A stretch of DNA of 64,000 bases from Octopus sinensis (GCF_006345805.1 NC_043012.1:24242001-24306000), one strand, 5' to 3'; shown: positions 38,375-54,169, counted from the first letter of the stretch. A program made the numbers and translations. The notes: generated by a model from the sequence alone, not told the origin.

Positions 38375-38636
38375 AGCTGGTGAGCACTGTTTGTGTATGT
38401 ATTTATTTATCGTAAGTCAATTAGCATGTTCGACGAGTGCGTAGTCGCTCGAGATGCTAGAAATAGCAGCTAAATTCCTCTCAACTAACACCTTATCAAA
38501 AGGAAGGGCACTTTGGAAAATTTTATCCTGGAACCATTGTCTTTAAATTAGAGGGAACGATTTGTTTATACATAGCTGGAACGCTTTCCTCATGGATATG
38601 TCTTCAGCAGAACAGACCCGGGGCTAAACAACTATT

Positions 38637-38667
<31 letters not shown>

Positions 38668-38680
38668 CAACAACAATAAT
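38375..38680 (+). mobile_element. Interspersed repeat (family F) ending CCGGGGCTAAACAAC plus (CAA)n
   Basis: Related, decayed reverse copies at ~13780-13990, 18612-18780, 19100-19190 and 20340-20545 share the gagatttg(g/a)ct...atttc and ttag-ccc-aagtc motifs. Confidence 0.5.
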
Positions 38681-40001
38681 AAGCGAGCCGGTTTCGATTC
38701 ATTTTCGAAAACACTTCATAACTACGTCGTTATTAATGCCCTTGGGATAGGTATGAACACCACTGCTTAGCATTTATCGGCTTCCCCAACACATACACAC
38801 ACACTACCAAACATAGAGCCACGCACAATACTACAGAAACACACACATACACACGCTAAATATCTGAATCGTTATAATTTGGCAAAGAGGGAGAAAAAAA
38901 AGAAGCAAGAAAGAAAGAAGAGGAAGAAGAACTAAAAGACATTACTTACCGGCGAACCGATCTATCACGACACGGTATCGATTCTCGATCGAAACTATTT
39001 CCCTTCATACATATCGTTAACGTCGTCTGTAAGAAAAGGCACGTGCATCACAAAGTCCCCCGTTTCCCTTTAAGAATCGCAGTTTTCATTTCATGCTGAT
39101 GTAAACAAACAAATTCTATTTATTTAATGAATTCCCTATCAACGAATCCACACGCCATGTTGATGTTATATAACCCCAGGAGGTCAGCACTGGACCAACA
39201 AGACTTATCATCATTGACGTTCCCGTCAAGACCATCCATTCGATTTTTTTCCTCAGACATTCTGAATCTAAAGCGTGAATTATATCTAATGTGCCCTTCC
39301 TTCTCTAAGAAAGTATGGTGTGATATGGAGGAAATATTGCTGTTATTTTTAGCAAACCTTGTTACGACTTAGAGGCTTCCTTAGCTGTTTCGTCTGCTAG
39401 CTAAGGTTTCGATTCTCGATGCTACTTTTACTTCACTTCGCTTGCTAGCTTACCAACGAAAGCCGTTGAGAAGAAAAAAAACGTAAATCTTACACCTTGT
39501 TCTTTGCGTAATTACAAACAACGGTCAAACTCCACTTCAATTCTTTGGAAAGAAATGATAATTATGACAACTATTCCATCAGGGATTAACCTCGCCTTAC
39601 ATTCTACCCAGGGACGGTAAAATAAGACTCAGTAACATTATGAAACCGGTTCAATTTGAGGATACACACTACTCTGAACGAACTTGGACTTTTGCTACTA
39701 AGAAAAGAATTCGTTATTATTAAAGAATTTTGGTTGGATTTCGAAATATTTTTTAATTGTTCACATTCGCACACGCGTCTCTCTTTTTTTTCTTTCTCTT
39801 TTTTCAGTTTCATTTTCACATTTTTTTTTTCTCTCATTCATTCATTCATTCATTTTCCTATCCACCTCTGTCTCTCGGCCAAGATTTCCCCAATCCCACA
39901 ATTTATGTTTCGTAAATGACTAGCTTGTTAATTAATATAAACTATGTATGTAATCATTAAAATTATCTGCTGTACTTCAGAAAAAGTTTTTTTTTTAATC
40001 C

Positions 40002-40037
<36 letters not shown>

Positions 40038-40217
40038 ACACGCACACACAGAGGCACGCACACATATATGTTTATTGTCAACATTATTTCTGGAGACACC
40101 TAAGTTTCTCGTCAGCCGGTATACAAATATAAATAATATAAAAAGCATACACGTACGCATATATGTGACTTTAATATATATGGGAAAATGTCATTTGGGC
40201 ATCTACAAAGCATAAAG

Positions 40218-40298
<81 letters not shown>

Positions 40299-40299
40299 C

Positions 40300-40358
<59 letters not shown>

Positions 40359-40359
40359 C

Positions 40360-40428
<69 letters not shown>
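40218..40428. repeat. (TCTA)n microsatellite
   Basis: Direct reading. Confidence 0.97.
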
Positions 40429-40429
<1 letters not shown>

Positions 40430-41257
40430 CATTTTAACTTTCTAAGCTTTTGGAAAAGTATACGATCTCATAGATTCGTACCTGAGTAATACCTACTTTA
40501 TCCATACACATATACATATGTATGTACGTTATGTAATTTATGTATGTATGTATGCATCTATGTATGTATGTATGATATGCCTATGTGTATGAAAACCTTT
40601 ATGTACGAATTCACTTGAATATGATAATGTTTTTTCAAAAGATTAGAAACTTGAAAAACTTTACACTTTAAGCAGTATATTGCATATAGTCGTGTGTCTC
40701 GGGATGTACATTGCCATCTACCTACATTCATACATACGCTCACATATACATACATAAATACATGCATATATATACATGTGTGTATTTATATTTATATATA
40801 TATAGGCATACATACATTCCTACATATATATATACGTACATACATACATACATTCGTACATATATATAAATATATATATATTTATACAAGCATACATTCG
40901 TATCTATATATATATATTTATATAAATCCTATATTGGTATATATATGTGTGTATGCATGTATGTATACATGTGTTAGTGTAGTGTAACAATGAATAGCCA
41001 CTTCTCTACATGTATGAATAATGCATATTGCTTTCAGTAACTATTTGCATGAGTTATTTCATACATACGCACGTTTAGCATACGGGCTCACGCACATAGA
41101 TACATATATATATATACACATACACACATATACACTTATAAATATATATGCTGCATTTGTATATACGCGCTCGTTATATGCATGCATGTCTTTGACATAT
41201 TTTTACTTTTCTTTATCGATTGGGACATATTTAGTTTTCATGTATGGTTGCATCTTA

Positions 41258-41295
<38 letters not shown>

Positions 41296-41473
41296 AGAGA
41301 GCGAGACAGAGAGAGTTCGCGTGCGTGCGTGTCTGCCTGGGAGTGTGCGCGTGCGAGAGAGCGTGTGTAAGCGTAAATGAGTGAAAATATACGGTAATAG
41401 ATAAATCGTACACTATACATATTCACATACGTACCTACCTACATGCATATATGAATGCATACGTAGCTGTGTT

Positions 41474-41500
41474 GATAGATAGATAGATAGATAGACAGAC

Positions 41501-41585
<85 letters not shown>

Positions 41586-41598
41586 CAGATAGATAGAC

Positions 41599-41691
<93 letters not shown>

Positions 41692-41736
41692 AGGACAGAC
41701 AGACAGACAGATAGATAGATAGATAGATAGACAGAC
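41474..41736. repeat. (TAGA)n/(CAGA)n microsatellite interrupted by (TA)n
   Basis: Direct reading. Confidence 0.97.
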
Positions 41737-42633
41737 GTATGTATATATATACATCCACTCGTAGAAAGCTGCATGTGTATAAGTGTATGCACAGAAATAC
41801 GAGAGCCCAGTGCTTCTTGACATGTATTTGACAAGAAAGGTATGCATGGTCCTCCACAACACAATATACGCCTGAGCGTATATATACATGCATATATAGG
41901 TGATTGTGTTGGTTTATGTTCAAGTATGTGTTTGTATATTTATCCGAAGAAAATTACGAAAATTGGAATAATTCTTCGTAGTTTTATTTATTTATTTTTT
42001 TATTCCGCTTACTCGATTCTATAGAGGCATGCACCCTTAAAAACGTAATCCCCGACATCATCAGCAGGGCTCTCTATACGTGTGGCGAGAGGGTGGGCAT
42101 TGAAATTATAGGTAGGGTCCAGAAGACGGGGTTTCCACTCGATTGCCTGCAAACACGCCAGCTTCGGCCGACTCGAGGCAATTTATAAAAGGGGTCCTGC
42201 CTGAAACCCTGAAGGAAAACTTTCTCAGTCCGGCGTGCTTTTCTTAGTGTTTTTCTGTCAATGTATATATATAAGTGTATGTGTCTTTATTCGTGTGTGT
42301 ATACATGTATATATGATATTTATAAAGTGTGTGTGTGTATACACATATACATATATACATAAGCAAATGTATACATGAATAAATGTGTAGGCCATGCCAT
42401 GTACTTAAAACTCATTTTGGTATTTTATTAATGCTCAACCCATGAAATTCAAGTAGGGTACATATTTACCATGTACCCTTCAGAGAGATTTTCATATATC
42501 AGGTTTTCATATAAACGAACGATTTCCATAACAACTGGACTTTTCTCTTTTGTTCTTTTTTATTCTTTTTTTTGCATCCGTTTTATGTCTTGGCATGAGT
42601 TGTAGATTTTGCATAACTACGGCACGCAGTATG

Positions 42634-42664
<31 letters not shown>

Positions 42665-43139
42665 GTACATGCATACGTACATATTTCCATACATATATGT
42701 ATGTGTGTATGTTTAAATATATATATATATATAATTAAACACACACATATATGTATATATATATATATATATACACACAAATGCATACGTACATACATAT
42801 ATATGTATGTATGTATGTACGTATGTACGTATGTATGTATATGTGTATTAGCGTGCGTGCACGTATTTGAGTGTATATATTTATAAACATATATAAATAT
42901 ATATTTATAAATACACACACACGACTACATACATGCACACGCATATACATACATACATACATAGACATACACACACTCACACACACAATAAATAGATGTA
43001 CATGGATGTATGCAGTTGAGTGTGACTGTGCCTCTACCTATAGGTGTATGTATGTATGTATGTATGTATGTACATAGTACATGAATCTATCTATCTATCT
43101 ATCTATCTATCTGCCGGACTGTCTGTCTATTTATATGTG

Positions 43140-43194
<55 letters not shown>

Positions 43195-43536
43195 ATATAT
43201 GTATGTATATATACATGTATGTATATATATGTATATATATATATATATGTATATATATGTATGTATGTGTGTGTGTGTATATATATATATATGAATGTAT
43301 ACATGTGAGTAAACATATAAACATATATATTGATAGATAGGTAGCTTCATACATATATATATATATACACATATATACACATATATATACACACATACAT
43401 ACATACATATATATATGTGTGTGTGTGTGTCTACATTTAAGAGTTTATGTACGTAAGAATGAACAATGTGACGTACATGTCTTATGAATGCACGTGAATA
43501 GGCCACAAGAGCATGGTATGGTTCACAATGGTATGG

Positions 43537-43691
43537 TTCCGCCGAGGTCGACTTTGCCTTTCATCCTTTCGGGGTCGATAAATTAAGTACCAGTTACGCA
43601 TTGGGGTCGATATAATCGACTTAATACCTATGTCTGTCCTTGTTTGTCCGCTCTGTGTTTAGCCCCTTGTGGGTAATAGAGAAATAGGTAT
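43537..43691 (+). mobile_element. 5'-truncated family B SINE with target-site duplication GGTATGGTTC
   Basis: The body matches 14460-14606, and ggtatggttc is present on both sides. Confidence 0.85.
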
Positions 43692-44154
43692 GGTTCAAAA
43701 TGACCAAAGAAAACGGGTATGGCTAGTTCTGGCTGAAACTTATCTAACTGTCCGAAGCATTATATCTCTATACACACACATACTTGCACAAATTTAAACT
43801 TATCTCTATATCCTTGTAAACATACATACATATACATACATATGTACATATCTATGTGTGTATATATATATATGTATATATGTAATGTATAAAATTATAT
43901 GTTTATAGCTAAATATACATACATACATATATAGTATTTTCATAGTAATCATATGCATATATGAATATACATGCATATATATATATATATACATATATGT
44001 ACATGTATGTGTGTATGTGTTTTATATATATATAAATATATATATATACACAAATATGCATATGTATACATATACACATATATATGTATATATGTATGAA
44101 CATTATCATCATTTAACATCTATTTTCCATGCTCCATATATATATATATATATA

Positions 44155-44468
44155 TCAACGTGATCACCATGACTGACCAGGCTATCAGATGTTGCTACAC
44201 ATCGCTGGTCACAATGCGCTTCGCATTGTTTTAGCCTTCAAATGACACCACCCCGCTGGCTAAGCGAGCAGGCCAACAGAAGAAAGAGTGAGAGAAAGTT
44301 GTGGCGAAAGAGTACAGCAGGGATCGCCACCCCACCCCCTGCTGGAGCCACGTGGAGCTTTAGGTGTTTTCGCTCAATAAACACTCACAACGCCTGGTCT
44401 GGGAATCGAAACCACCATCCTACAACCGCGAGTTCGCTGCCCTAACCAGTGGGCCATTGCGCCTCCAC
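44155..44468 (-). mobile_element. Full-length tRNA-derived SINE (family E) ending in (AT)n
   Basis: The minus strand reads GTGGAGGCGCAATGGCCCACTGGTTAGGGCAGCGAACTCGCGG...GGTTTCGATTCCC (A and B boxes), then a unique body, and lies between TA tracts. Confidence 0.85.
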
Positions 44469-44757
44469 ATATATATATATATATATACACACACATATGT
44501 ATATATTCACAAAACAACTTTATTGGTCTTGGAGATGAAGAATTAATTTCCAAAAATCATCTAAGTATGGAAGGATGTTTAGGTGTACAGAGGGCACTTA
44601 ATATATATGTAATTATCAGTATTAGGGTAACATGGACATGTATACATGTATTGACATGCACATGCATATAAGTGTATATATACATACATACATACATACA
44701 TAAATGCATACATATATATATAATATATAATTTTCTTTAGCCCTCATTTATAAGGTG

Positions 44758-44792
<35 letters not shown>

Positions 44793-45263
44793 GTATGTAT
44801 GTATGTATATTTATCTATATATATATATATATGTATGTATGTGAGTGTATGTATGTCAGTACATACTTATTTGTGTATGAATGGTTATATGTGAGATTGT
44901 GCATGTTTATATGTATAACCTTTATACATATAACCCAAAGCAATATAGATATGCAAATCTTTATATAAGATGTGTATGCATGATTGCTTATGTCTGTGTG
45001 GGTGTATGTATAGATTTTGTGTGACATTTTGGAAATAGTCTGTAGATAAAGGGATGTGTGGATGCATAAAAATTTATGTATATGTATGTGAAAGTATATA
45101 AAATTATTTTATATTTCATAGAATATTTAATATTATATAAAAGTATATAAAATCATATTATAGTTATTAAGTTGTATATGAGAATATCTAAATCGACATC
45201 TCTTTATCTACCTATCTCTCTATCAGTTCTAAACACTATACCTATGTGAACACTCTCACACGT

Positions 45264-45304
<41 letters not shown>

Positions 45305-45943
45305 TATATATATACACATATAGCACTTAATTATATACGTGTATGTAAATATAATTCAGAGCACGTGAAAAACAAGTTCTGTAAATACATGCATACATGT
45401 ATTAAATACATACATATATATATATATATATATATTAGAAGAAATTTCTTCTAATATATAATACCTGTACATCATCTCCAAACCTTCTAATATATATATA
45501 GACACACTCAATGTATATAGAATTGTGTGTATAAATGCATTTATATGTATATGAACAGACAGATATATAAACTGTAAACATGTAAGCTTGTATACACATA
45601 TATGTTTGTAGGTGTATGTGTATGCATGTATATACATACATGAGTTGTGTATTGATTCTTATCAAGGTAAATGATAAAACACATACATATATATATATGA
45701 ATATATGTGCATAGCTATGTATGTATATGTACACACACACAAACTTATATGTGTATATATATATATATATATAAATGTATGTATATACATTTATTGCTAT
45801 CACTCATCCTAACTCTCTCTCTATATATATAAAAATACATGTGTTAGTGAAAATATGCAACATGTTTCTGCATGTATACTTATTATTAAGATACATACAT
45901 TTCTGTATATATATATGTAACACACACACACATATTATATATA

Positions 45944-46005
<62 letters not shown>

Positions 46006-46375
46006 CACATGTGTACATACACGATATATATGTGTGTGTGTGTGTGTGTGTATATATTACTTTTTAATAAATCTGCAAAATTTTCATAGAACCGTTACTC
46101 AGAGTTACCCATTCATGTTCGTTGGACAGTCACAGTCAAACAAATGGCAATGTATAAATCTGGCTGACAGTGCTGTGATAATTTGCATGCTTTCAAAAAA
46201 AACCTACATTGCTCTGCCTTTGGTATTCCAGTACTATTTTTCCCACCTTGTTTTGCAATTTCCCTGCCCACAAATGAGTACTTACATATATATAGATATG
46301 GATATAGATATAGATATGTATATATATATATATGCATATATGTAAACAGGCACTCACAAATCCAAACACATATAT

Positions 46376-46594
46376 CAGTGGTTTTCAACCAGGTTTCCGT
46401 GAAATCTTAGGGTTCCGCCAGTACAGTCATGGGGTTCCGCAAGAAGTTACAAAACTGCTAAAATCGATAGTAATTTTAAATTTTCCTATGCAGATATGTG
46501 TGCATAAGACTATTAAATTATTGCACAGGGGTTCCTCGAGCCAAAGGAATGTTTCCTTGGGGTTCCGCTTCAGCAAAAAGTTTGAAAAGTACTG
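46376..46594. mobile_element. hAT-superfamily MITE with 8-bp TSD ACATATAT
   Basis: TIRs CAGTGGTTTTCAA / TTGAAAAGTACTG, an identical ACATATAT on both sides, and four internal GGGTTCC subterminal motifs. Confidence 0.85.
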
Positions 46595-46660
46595 ACATAT
46601 ATATATGATATGTATATACACATACATACATATATATATATATATATACACATATATATG

Positions 46661-46730
<70 letters not shown>

Positions 46731-47645
46731 ATATATGTGCATATATAAGTTCATAATCTTGATATGAACAATATTTATAAGAAATGTCTTTGAAAGTATG
46801 TACCAGAAAGTTCTTGCTTTGAAATGCAAGATGAAGCATATGAAATGCAATGAACTTTGCCTGGTTATATTTACATGAACATGTGTCAATAAATGTGTGT
46901 ATATATATATATATATATATAAATCTACACACACATACACACAAACGCACACACACATTTATATATATATATATATATATTTTTATATATATACACAAGC
47001 ATATGATATATATATATATGCATATAAACACTCACTTAATTTCAATACAATGTATATACATACGAATAAACATATACAACAGTTTATATATATATATATA
47101 TACATATATACATCTACAAACATATACACATATATAAATGTTTATGCATGGATACATATATATTTCTATGTATATTGATATACAAAATTATACTTAAATA
47201 TTATAACTTCTTATGTATATATATGCTATTCATGTATTCATGTGAGTGTATATAAATATGTATGTGTGTGGATATACACGTATATATACATGTATGTGTT
47301 TGTGCATGGATATGTATGTATATGTATATGTATATATATGCATATATATATATATATATGCATATATATATGCATATATATATATATATGTACACACGCA
47401 CACATTCATATGTACTTGTAAGTATGTAAATTTTTTTGTATATATGTGCATATGTATATATGAGTACATATATGTATGTATGCATACTTTTATATATATA
47501 ACCCACACACACATTATATATATATATCTATATATATATATGTATATATATCTGCACCTATCTGTATGTACTTTTTTACATCTCACAGCCTTTTGTCCTT
47601 TTACTGTGTCCACATATATATATATACCTATGTGTGTGTGGGTGG

Positions 47646-47684
<39 letters not shown>

Positions 47685-48174
47685 CCTATTTATGCGTGTG
47701 TATATATATATGAATGTATGTATAAATACATATTTATATATGTATGTATATATATATATAGGTAGATAGATAAATACAGATATAGATATATATATATATG
47801 CATTCAAGGACAGGATCCAGTTCATGTCCAGTATCTATGTATCTATGTATGTATCTTTCTCTCTATCTCTCTCTCTCTATATATATATACATACATACAT
47901 ATATACATATATATTTACAACCCCACAAACTCCACCCCCCATGCATGTATAACATACAGGAAATATATAACATCTGCATATTTAATGTAGATTAAAATGT
48001 ATCAACAACTTGAAAGTGTTTGTGTATAACAAACATTCTGAAATACAAATATACAAGACATATATTTGCAATAGGTAACAGCTATATATATGTGTCTGTG
48101 TGAGTATTTATGTGTGTGTGTGTGTGTGCATGTGTATGGGTATGAGCACGTGTGTTTATGTATGTGTGCGTATA

Positions 48175-48243
<69 letters not shown>

Positions 48244-48360
48244 AGTGTGTCTTCAGACACACATACAGACCCATATATATATATATATACACACAACTAT
48301 ATAAAGTATATATATATTTGTTTATGCAAAGAAGTATATATTATATATATATATATATAC

Positions 48361-48417
<57 letters not shown>

Positions 48418-48636
48418 ATGTGTGTGTGTGTGTGTGTATACATATGTAAACATATATATTTTCAATATATGTATATACTTATGTAGATAAATAGATTATT
48501 TAGATATATATTGACATATTCGAAATGCATACTGTTGTTTTGCTTTATATATACATCTATGTATATATATATATATTACATATAATATCTATATGTTATA
48601 TATATATATATGCAATATATATGTGTGTGTGTGTAT

Positions 48637-48692
<56 letters not shown>

Positions 48693-48817
48693 ATGCATTG
48701 GGGCTTTTTATTCATTAGCAGAAAGTTACAGAGTGCCTGAAATGCTAGGAGATTCATGTAGTGGCACTGATTGAATCTTATGAAAATAAATCTATATATA
48801 CATACAAAGATATATGC

Positions 48818-48864
<47 letters not shown>

Positions 48865-48891
48865 ATTATATAATATATAATATATATATAT

Positions 48892-48922
<31 letters not shown>

Positions 48923-49037
48923 TCCATGTATAAATATATATATATATCATGTATAATATACATATATATATGTGTATATATACATACATTCTATATATAC
49001 ATATGTCTATGTATATGTATACATACATATATATATA

Positions 49038-49091
<54 letters not shown>

Positions 49092-49383
49092 TTTATATAT
49101 TTATAACTTTATATTGATGTCTATGCTGGTATGAATATCTATATCGCTATGAATCTCTATATGTACACATGTGTATATACTGACCAATATACATTTATAC
49201 ATACATACATATGTATATATGTGTTTATGTGTGTCTGTGTTTGTGTGGTTGTATATCTACATATTATTGATTGCCAATAGATGATACGCATATATATATA
49301 TAATGTCTTGTGGTTATCTTCTATATGTGCAAACACATATTTACTTTCAACTTGTTGATATTTGTAATCTACATTAAAAAATC

Positions 49384-49434
<51 letters not shown>

Positions 49435-49703
49435 TATATATACATATATAATATGTGTGTATATTATATATCCTCATAATATAATATAAAATTATACATG
49501 CATATATACATATATATATACATGTATTTATAATATATATATTTCACTTTAGTAGTATGTAATTTGTGTGTTTTTATTATTGTGTATGTTTGTGTCTATA
49601 CTATATAGATAGTAGGTGGATATATATGTGTACATATATATATACATATATATATACATATACTTATGTACATATACATATTATATACTTATACATTATG
49701 TTT

Positions 49704-49751
<48 letters not shown>

Positions 49752-50240
49752 AATCATCGAACGCCACACACCCTTTTCCACGTAAATTCTATATAATATA
49801 TATATATATTATATATATAATGCATATATATATATATATAAATATATATATATATATCTACACTATATGTATATTTATATATATATATGTATTCATATAT
49901 ATATATATATATACATACATCATACATGCATACATACATATAATTGTCCTAGCCTCACCAGTATGGACAACAGATAGTAAAATAATGATAATATGCATGT
50001 TGATATATTGGCAGAGAAATAGATTGATTGATATACATATGTATATGTACAATCCACACTTTTCTGTATATATATATATATATATATATGTGCATACTCG
50101 GCAAACATGTGTCATATAATTTTTACATGTATTTATATATATATATTATATATATATATATATATACACACACATATATATTTTTTATATATGTATATTA
50201 TATATGTATGTGTTTATATATATATATACATAAACACACA

Positions 50241-50271
<31 letters not shown>

Positions 50272-51986
50272 ATACAATATAGAATAGTTATGCTTAATAT
50301 ATATATATATGCTTATATATACATATTTACTTGCTCGCATGATATAAGTATTGAACAAATGTATACATTTACATATATATATATATATATGTGTGTATTT
50401 TAAATATGCATATTTATATATAATGATGTGTATATGTATATGCATATACATCTGTAAATACATGCATAGACTTACCTATTTGTTTATATCACCTGGTGTA
50501 CTAAAACCCCACACTGTTTATATATATATATATAAATATACTTATATGTATATATAAATTCGCACATATATATATGCACACATACATGTATATTTATGCA
50601 TATATACTATATATATATGTATATATATAAATACATGTATATATATACATATATTCTATATATTATTCATACATACTATATATGTATATATATATATAAT
50701 ATTATATATATATAATAGATATATATAATATATATATTTATGTATAAATATGCCTAAGTCTATATTTTTATTTATAAACTCAGAATCTAAACTTAAACTA
50801 GTAAGTGTATATATTTTGATATATATGCAATAAATTATACAAGTATGTATACATCTGTATGTAGACATTTATATATATATATATCTATATATCTATGATG
50901 ATGATGATGATGATATACACATAAGTAAACATCTGCATACACTCACCTACACACACCTACAACCATCTGTGTATGCGCAAGTGGGAACTTGATAATTCAT
51001 GTATTTGTGTGTGTGTGTATATATATTTATATATATATATATATAAGCAAACATAGACTGGTCATTATTGTTGATAATTTTGTATATAAATCTCTACACA
51101 TAGCAATAATGAGCAATTTTGGGGGTAAGAGCTGGGGTATCTGTCAATAGATGTATTTTATGTACCACCCACACTTATGACGACTGGGATGCATTTATTG
51201 AATAAAGTATTTTTGAGAACATGTTGCCTCTTTTATGCATGACTTCAGTAAGATACGACTGGGTGTTGACTTATACTCCGTTCTAAGAAATCATGCACGA
51301 TAACAGTTCAGTTTTGAGTTTTGGTACGATATGCCAAGTGTCGGGTGTAGCTTATACCTGAGTACACAAGTTAATAGGGTGTATATTTATGTGAATATAG
51401 AAGGACGCACACACATCTATGTGCATCTATGTATATATATATTTATATATGTGTGTGTGTGTGTGTGTGTGTATACATACATATATATACATTCATACAT
51501 ATACATATATATATACATATATATAATTATAGATAGATATACTGACAGACAGACAGAGAGATAGATAGATATTTACAAGTGCATACTTGTATATTATAAA
51601 AATGCAATCAAGTGTATATATTTGAGAGTGTGTATATACTTATACCTCTACTTGTTTTAATTAGAGGCTGTGGCTATGCTGGAGCACTGGCTATAGTGTG
51701 ATCGTTTCTCATTTGTCATCACCTGCTAGATATATTTATATATATATATATATGTGTGTGTGTATATGTATATGTTTATGTATGCATGTATGTATGTATG
51801 TATATATATATATATGCGTATATATAGATAAATAAATGTGTATTTATATATATATACACACATACGTTTATGTATATATATATATACGTATACACACTCA
51901 TACGTTCATGTATATATTTGTATATATATGCATATGTCTGTATATATATAAAGAGAAAGAATATTTGTGTGTGGATGTGTGCATGT

Positions 51987-52093
51987 CTGTATGTATGTAT
52001 GTATGCATGTATGTACGTATGTATGTATGTATGTATGTATGTATGTATGTATGTATGTATGTATGTATGTATGTATGTATGTATGTATGTATG
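51987..52093. repeat. (TATG)n microsatellite
   Basis: Direct reading. Confidence 0.95.
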
Positions 52094-52529
52094 CGTGGGT
52101 TAATGTCTGTATATCTATGCACGTATTAAAAGACTATGAATCACCTATACATCCGTAACTTCACTCTTTACGTCCATATTATTCCTCGCGCCGACATACA
52201 CAAATACACCCCACCAAAAAAATTTTTTTAACTGTAGAGAAACGCAATAATAACGAGAACCATCTCATTATTGAACCGTACATTAATACATACATACTTA
52301 CATAGGATTCGGTAGCACATACACACATCAACATCAATCGCCACTCAGACGATCCCTGTTACACACTTACACACAGACACGCTTACGAATCGAGAGAGTG
52401 CGTTTGGTTCGTGGGACTGAGAAAGCTTAAACGTGTGCGCGCACTCTCCTCTCCTCGTGTTTACATTAATAAATATGTATTAATACGTGTTTCTTGTTCA
52501 TTCATAATACGGGGGCAAGGCTGACTTTC

Positions 52530-52792
52530 ACAAGTGCCCGGCTCACTTTTCGCAACTAGTTTCAATCCAGTTTGCAAAAAAATGTAGGGAAAACCCCATA
52601 AAGTACAAAGTGTTGCTGAAGCATGGAATAAATTGCCTGCGTCAGTTGTTGACTGCCATGACACTGCATCCTTTAAGGCCCTCATGCTTTCCGAAATCCG
52701 CCGAAACTACACCTGATTATATATACACTTTAGATGAGTTGTGGTGCACCTGAGCACTGTACACAATTATTATTATTATTATTATTATTATT
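52530..52792 (+). mobile_element. CR1/L2-type LINE 3' end with (ATT)n tail
   Basis: Reads VAEAWNKLPASVVDCHDTASFKALMLSEIRRNYT*, followed by a short UTR and attattattatt. Confidence 0.75.
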
Positions 52793-52970
52793 AACACAGA
52801 AAACTACCCCGTCTGTTTGTTATTTGATGCCTAGAAATAAATATAAACACTTGAATCGCACACGAGTAGTTTTCCAAATGGAAAGCAAAAAAAAAACGTG
52901 CGGTTCCTTTCTTCTTTTTAATATCTTTTTATTTACCTGACTACTTTTTTTTTCGGTCTAACATCAGGAA

Positions 52971-53309
52971 TTACTCTTTTACTCTTTTACTTGTTTCAGT
53001 CATTTGACTGCGGCCATGCTAGAAGCACCGCCTTTAATTGAGCAACTCGACCCCGGCACTTATTTTTTTTGTAAGCCCAGTACTTATTCTATCGGTCTCT
53101 TTTTGCCGAACCGCTAAGTGACGGGGACATAAACACACCATCATCGGTTGTCAAGCAATGCTAGGAGGGGGACAAACACAGACACACAAACATACACGCA
53201 CACATATATACATATATATATACATATATACGACGGGCTTCTTTCAGTTTCCGTCTATCAAATCCACTCACAAGGCTTTGGTCGGCCCGAGGCTATAGTA
53301 GAAGACACT
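52971..53309 (-). mobile_element. 5'-truncated SINE, family A
   Basis: Reverse complement of the family A body and tail; the tRNA-like head is missing. Confidence 0.88.
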
Positions 53310-54069
53310 AAGTTGAACTTTTACCATTCGGTTTTTGGCAAATCAGAGAAAAAATTTTAAAGACACTAGAATATTTTTAAAAATCATTTCTTCATTTCTG
53401 GAGCGTCACCCTGGTTTACCTTTAGCTCTCACCCCATTCGATCTCTCTAGCAAAACAAGTTTTCAGAGATTAAAACAAAATGTTAACTTGATGTGTGTGT
53501 ACACATATATACACATATATCATACGACGTATATACATATGTGTGGATTTTATATATGAATGTGTGTGTATGTATGTATATAACCTATTTTTGCATATTT
53601 ACATATATACACACATTTATACACGCATATATGTGTGTGTGTGTGTGTTTATGTACGTTTGTATGTGTGTGTGTATGTATGTATGTATGCATGCATATAT
53701 GTATGTACGTTTGTATGTGTGTATGTGTATGTATGTATGTATGTATGTATGTAATGTATGTATGTGCGTACGTATGTATGTAGGTACGTTTGTATGTGTG
53801 TATGTATATAAATTTCTATTTTTTACTCGGTAGATTTCGAAGGGCCGAGTGCTTCGTGCCTGCCACTTTGATAATATTGAATGAAATACACGAAACTCTT
53901 GACTCTTGAGTCACTGTGTGAGTTCTGCTAATTAAAAATAATATACATGTGCGTGTGTCACGGATGTGTGAATAGAATGATAGTAAAACCCACGACCCGC
54001 ACAGCGACGACGATGATTATGACGATGATGATGATGAGGCTAGATGAGTCGCCGGTATTAAATAGTAAC

Positions 54070-54169
54070 NNNNNNNNNNNNNNNNNNNNNNNNNNNNNNN
54101 NNNNNNNNNNNNNNNNNNNNNNNNNNNNNNNNNNNNNNNNNNNNNNNNNNNNNNNNNNNNNNNNNNNNN
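54070..54169. other. Assembly gap (100 N)
   Basis: A run of exactly 100 N, typical of a placeholder gap of unknown true size. Confidence 0.99.
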
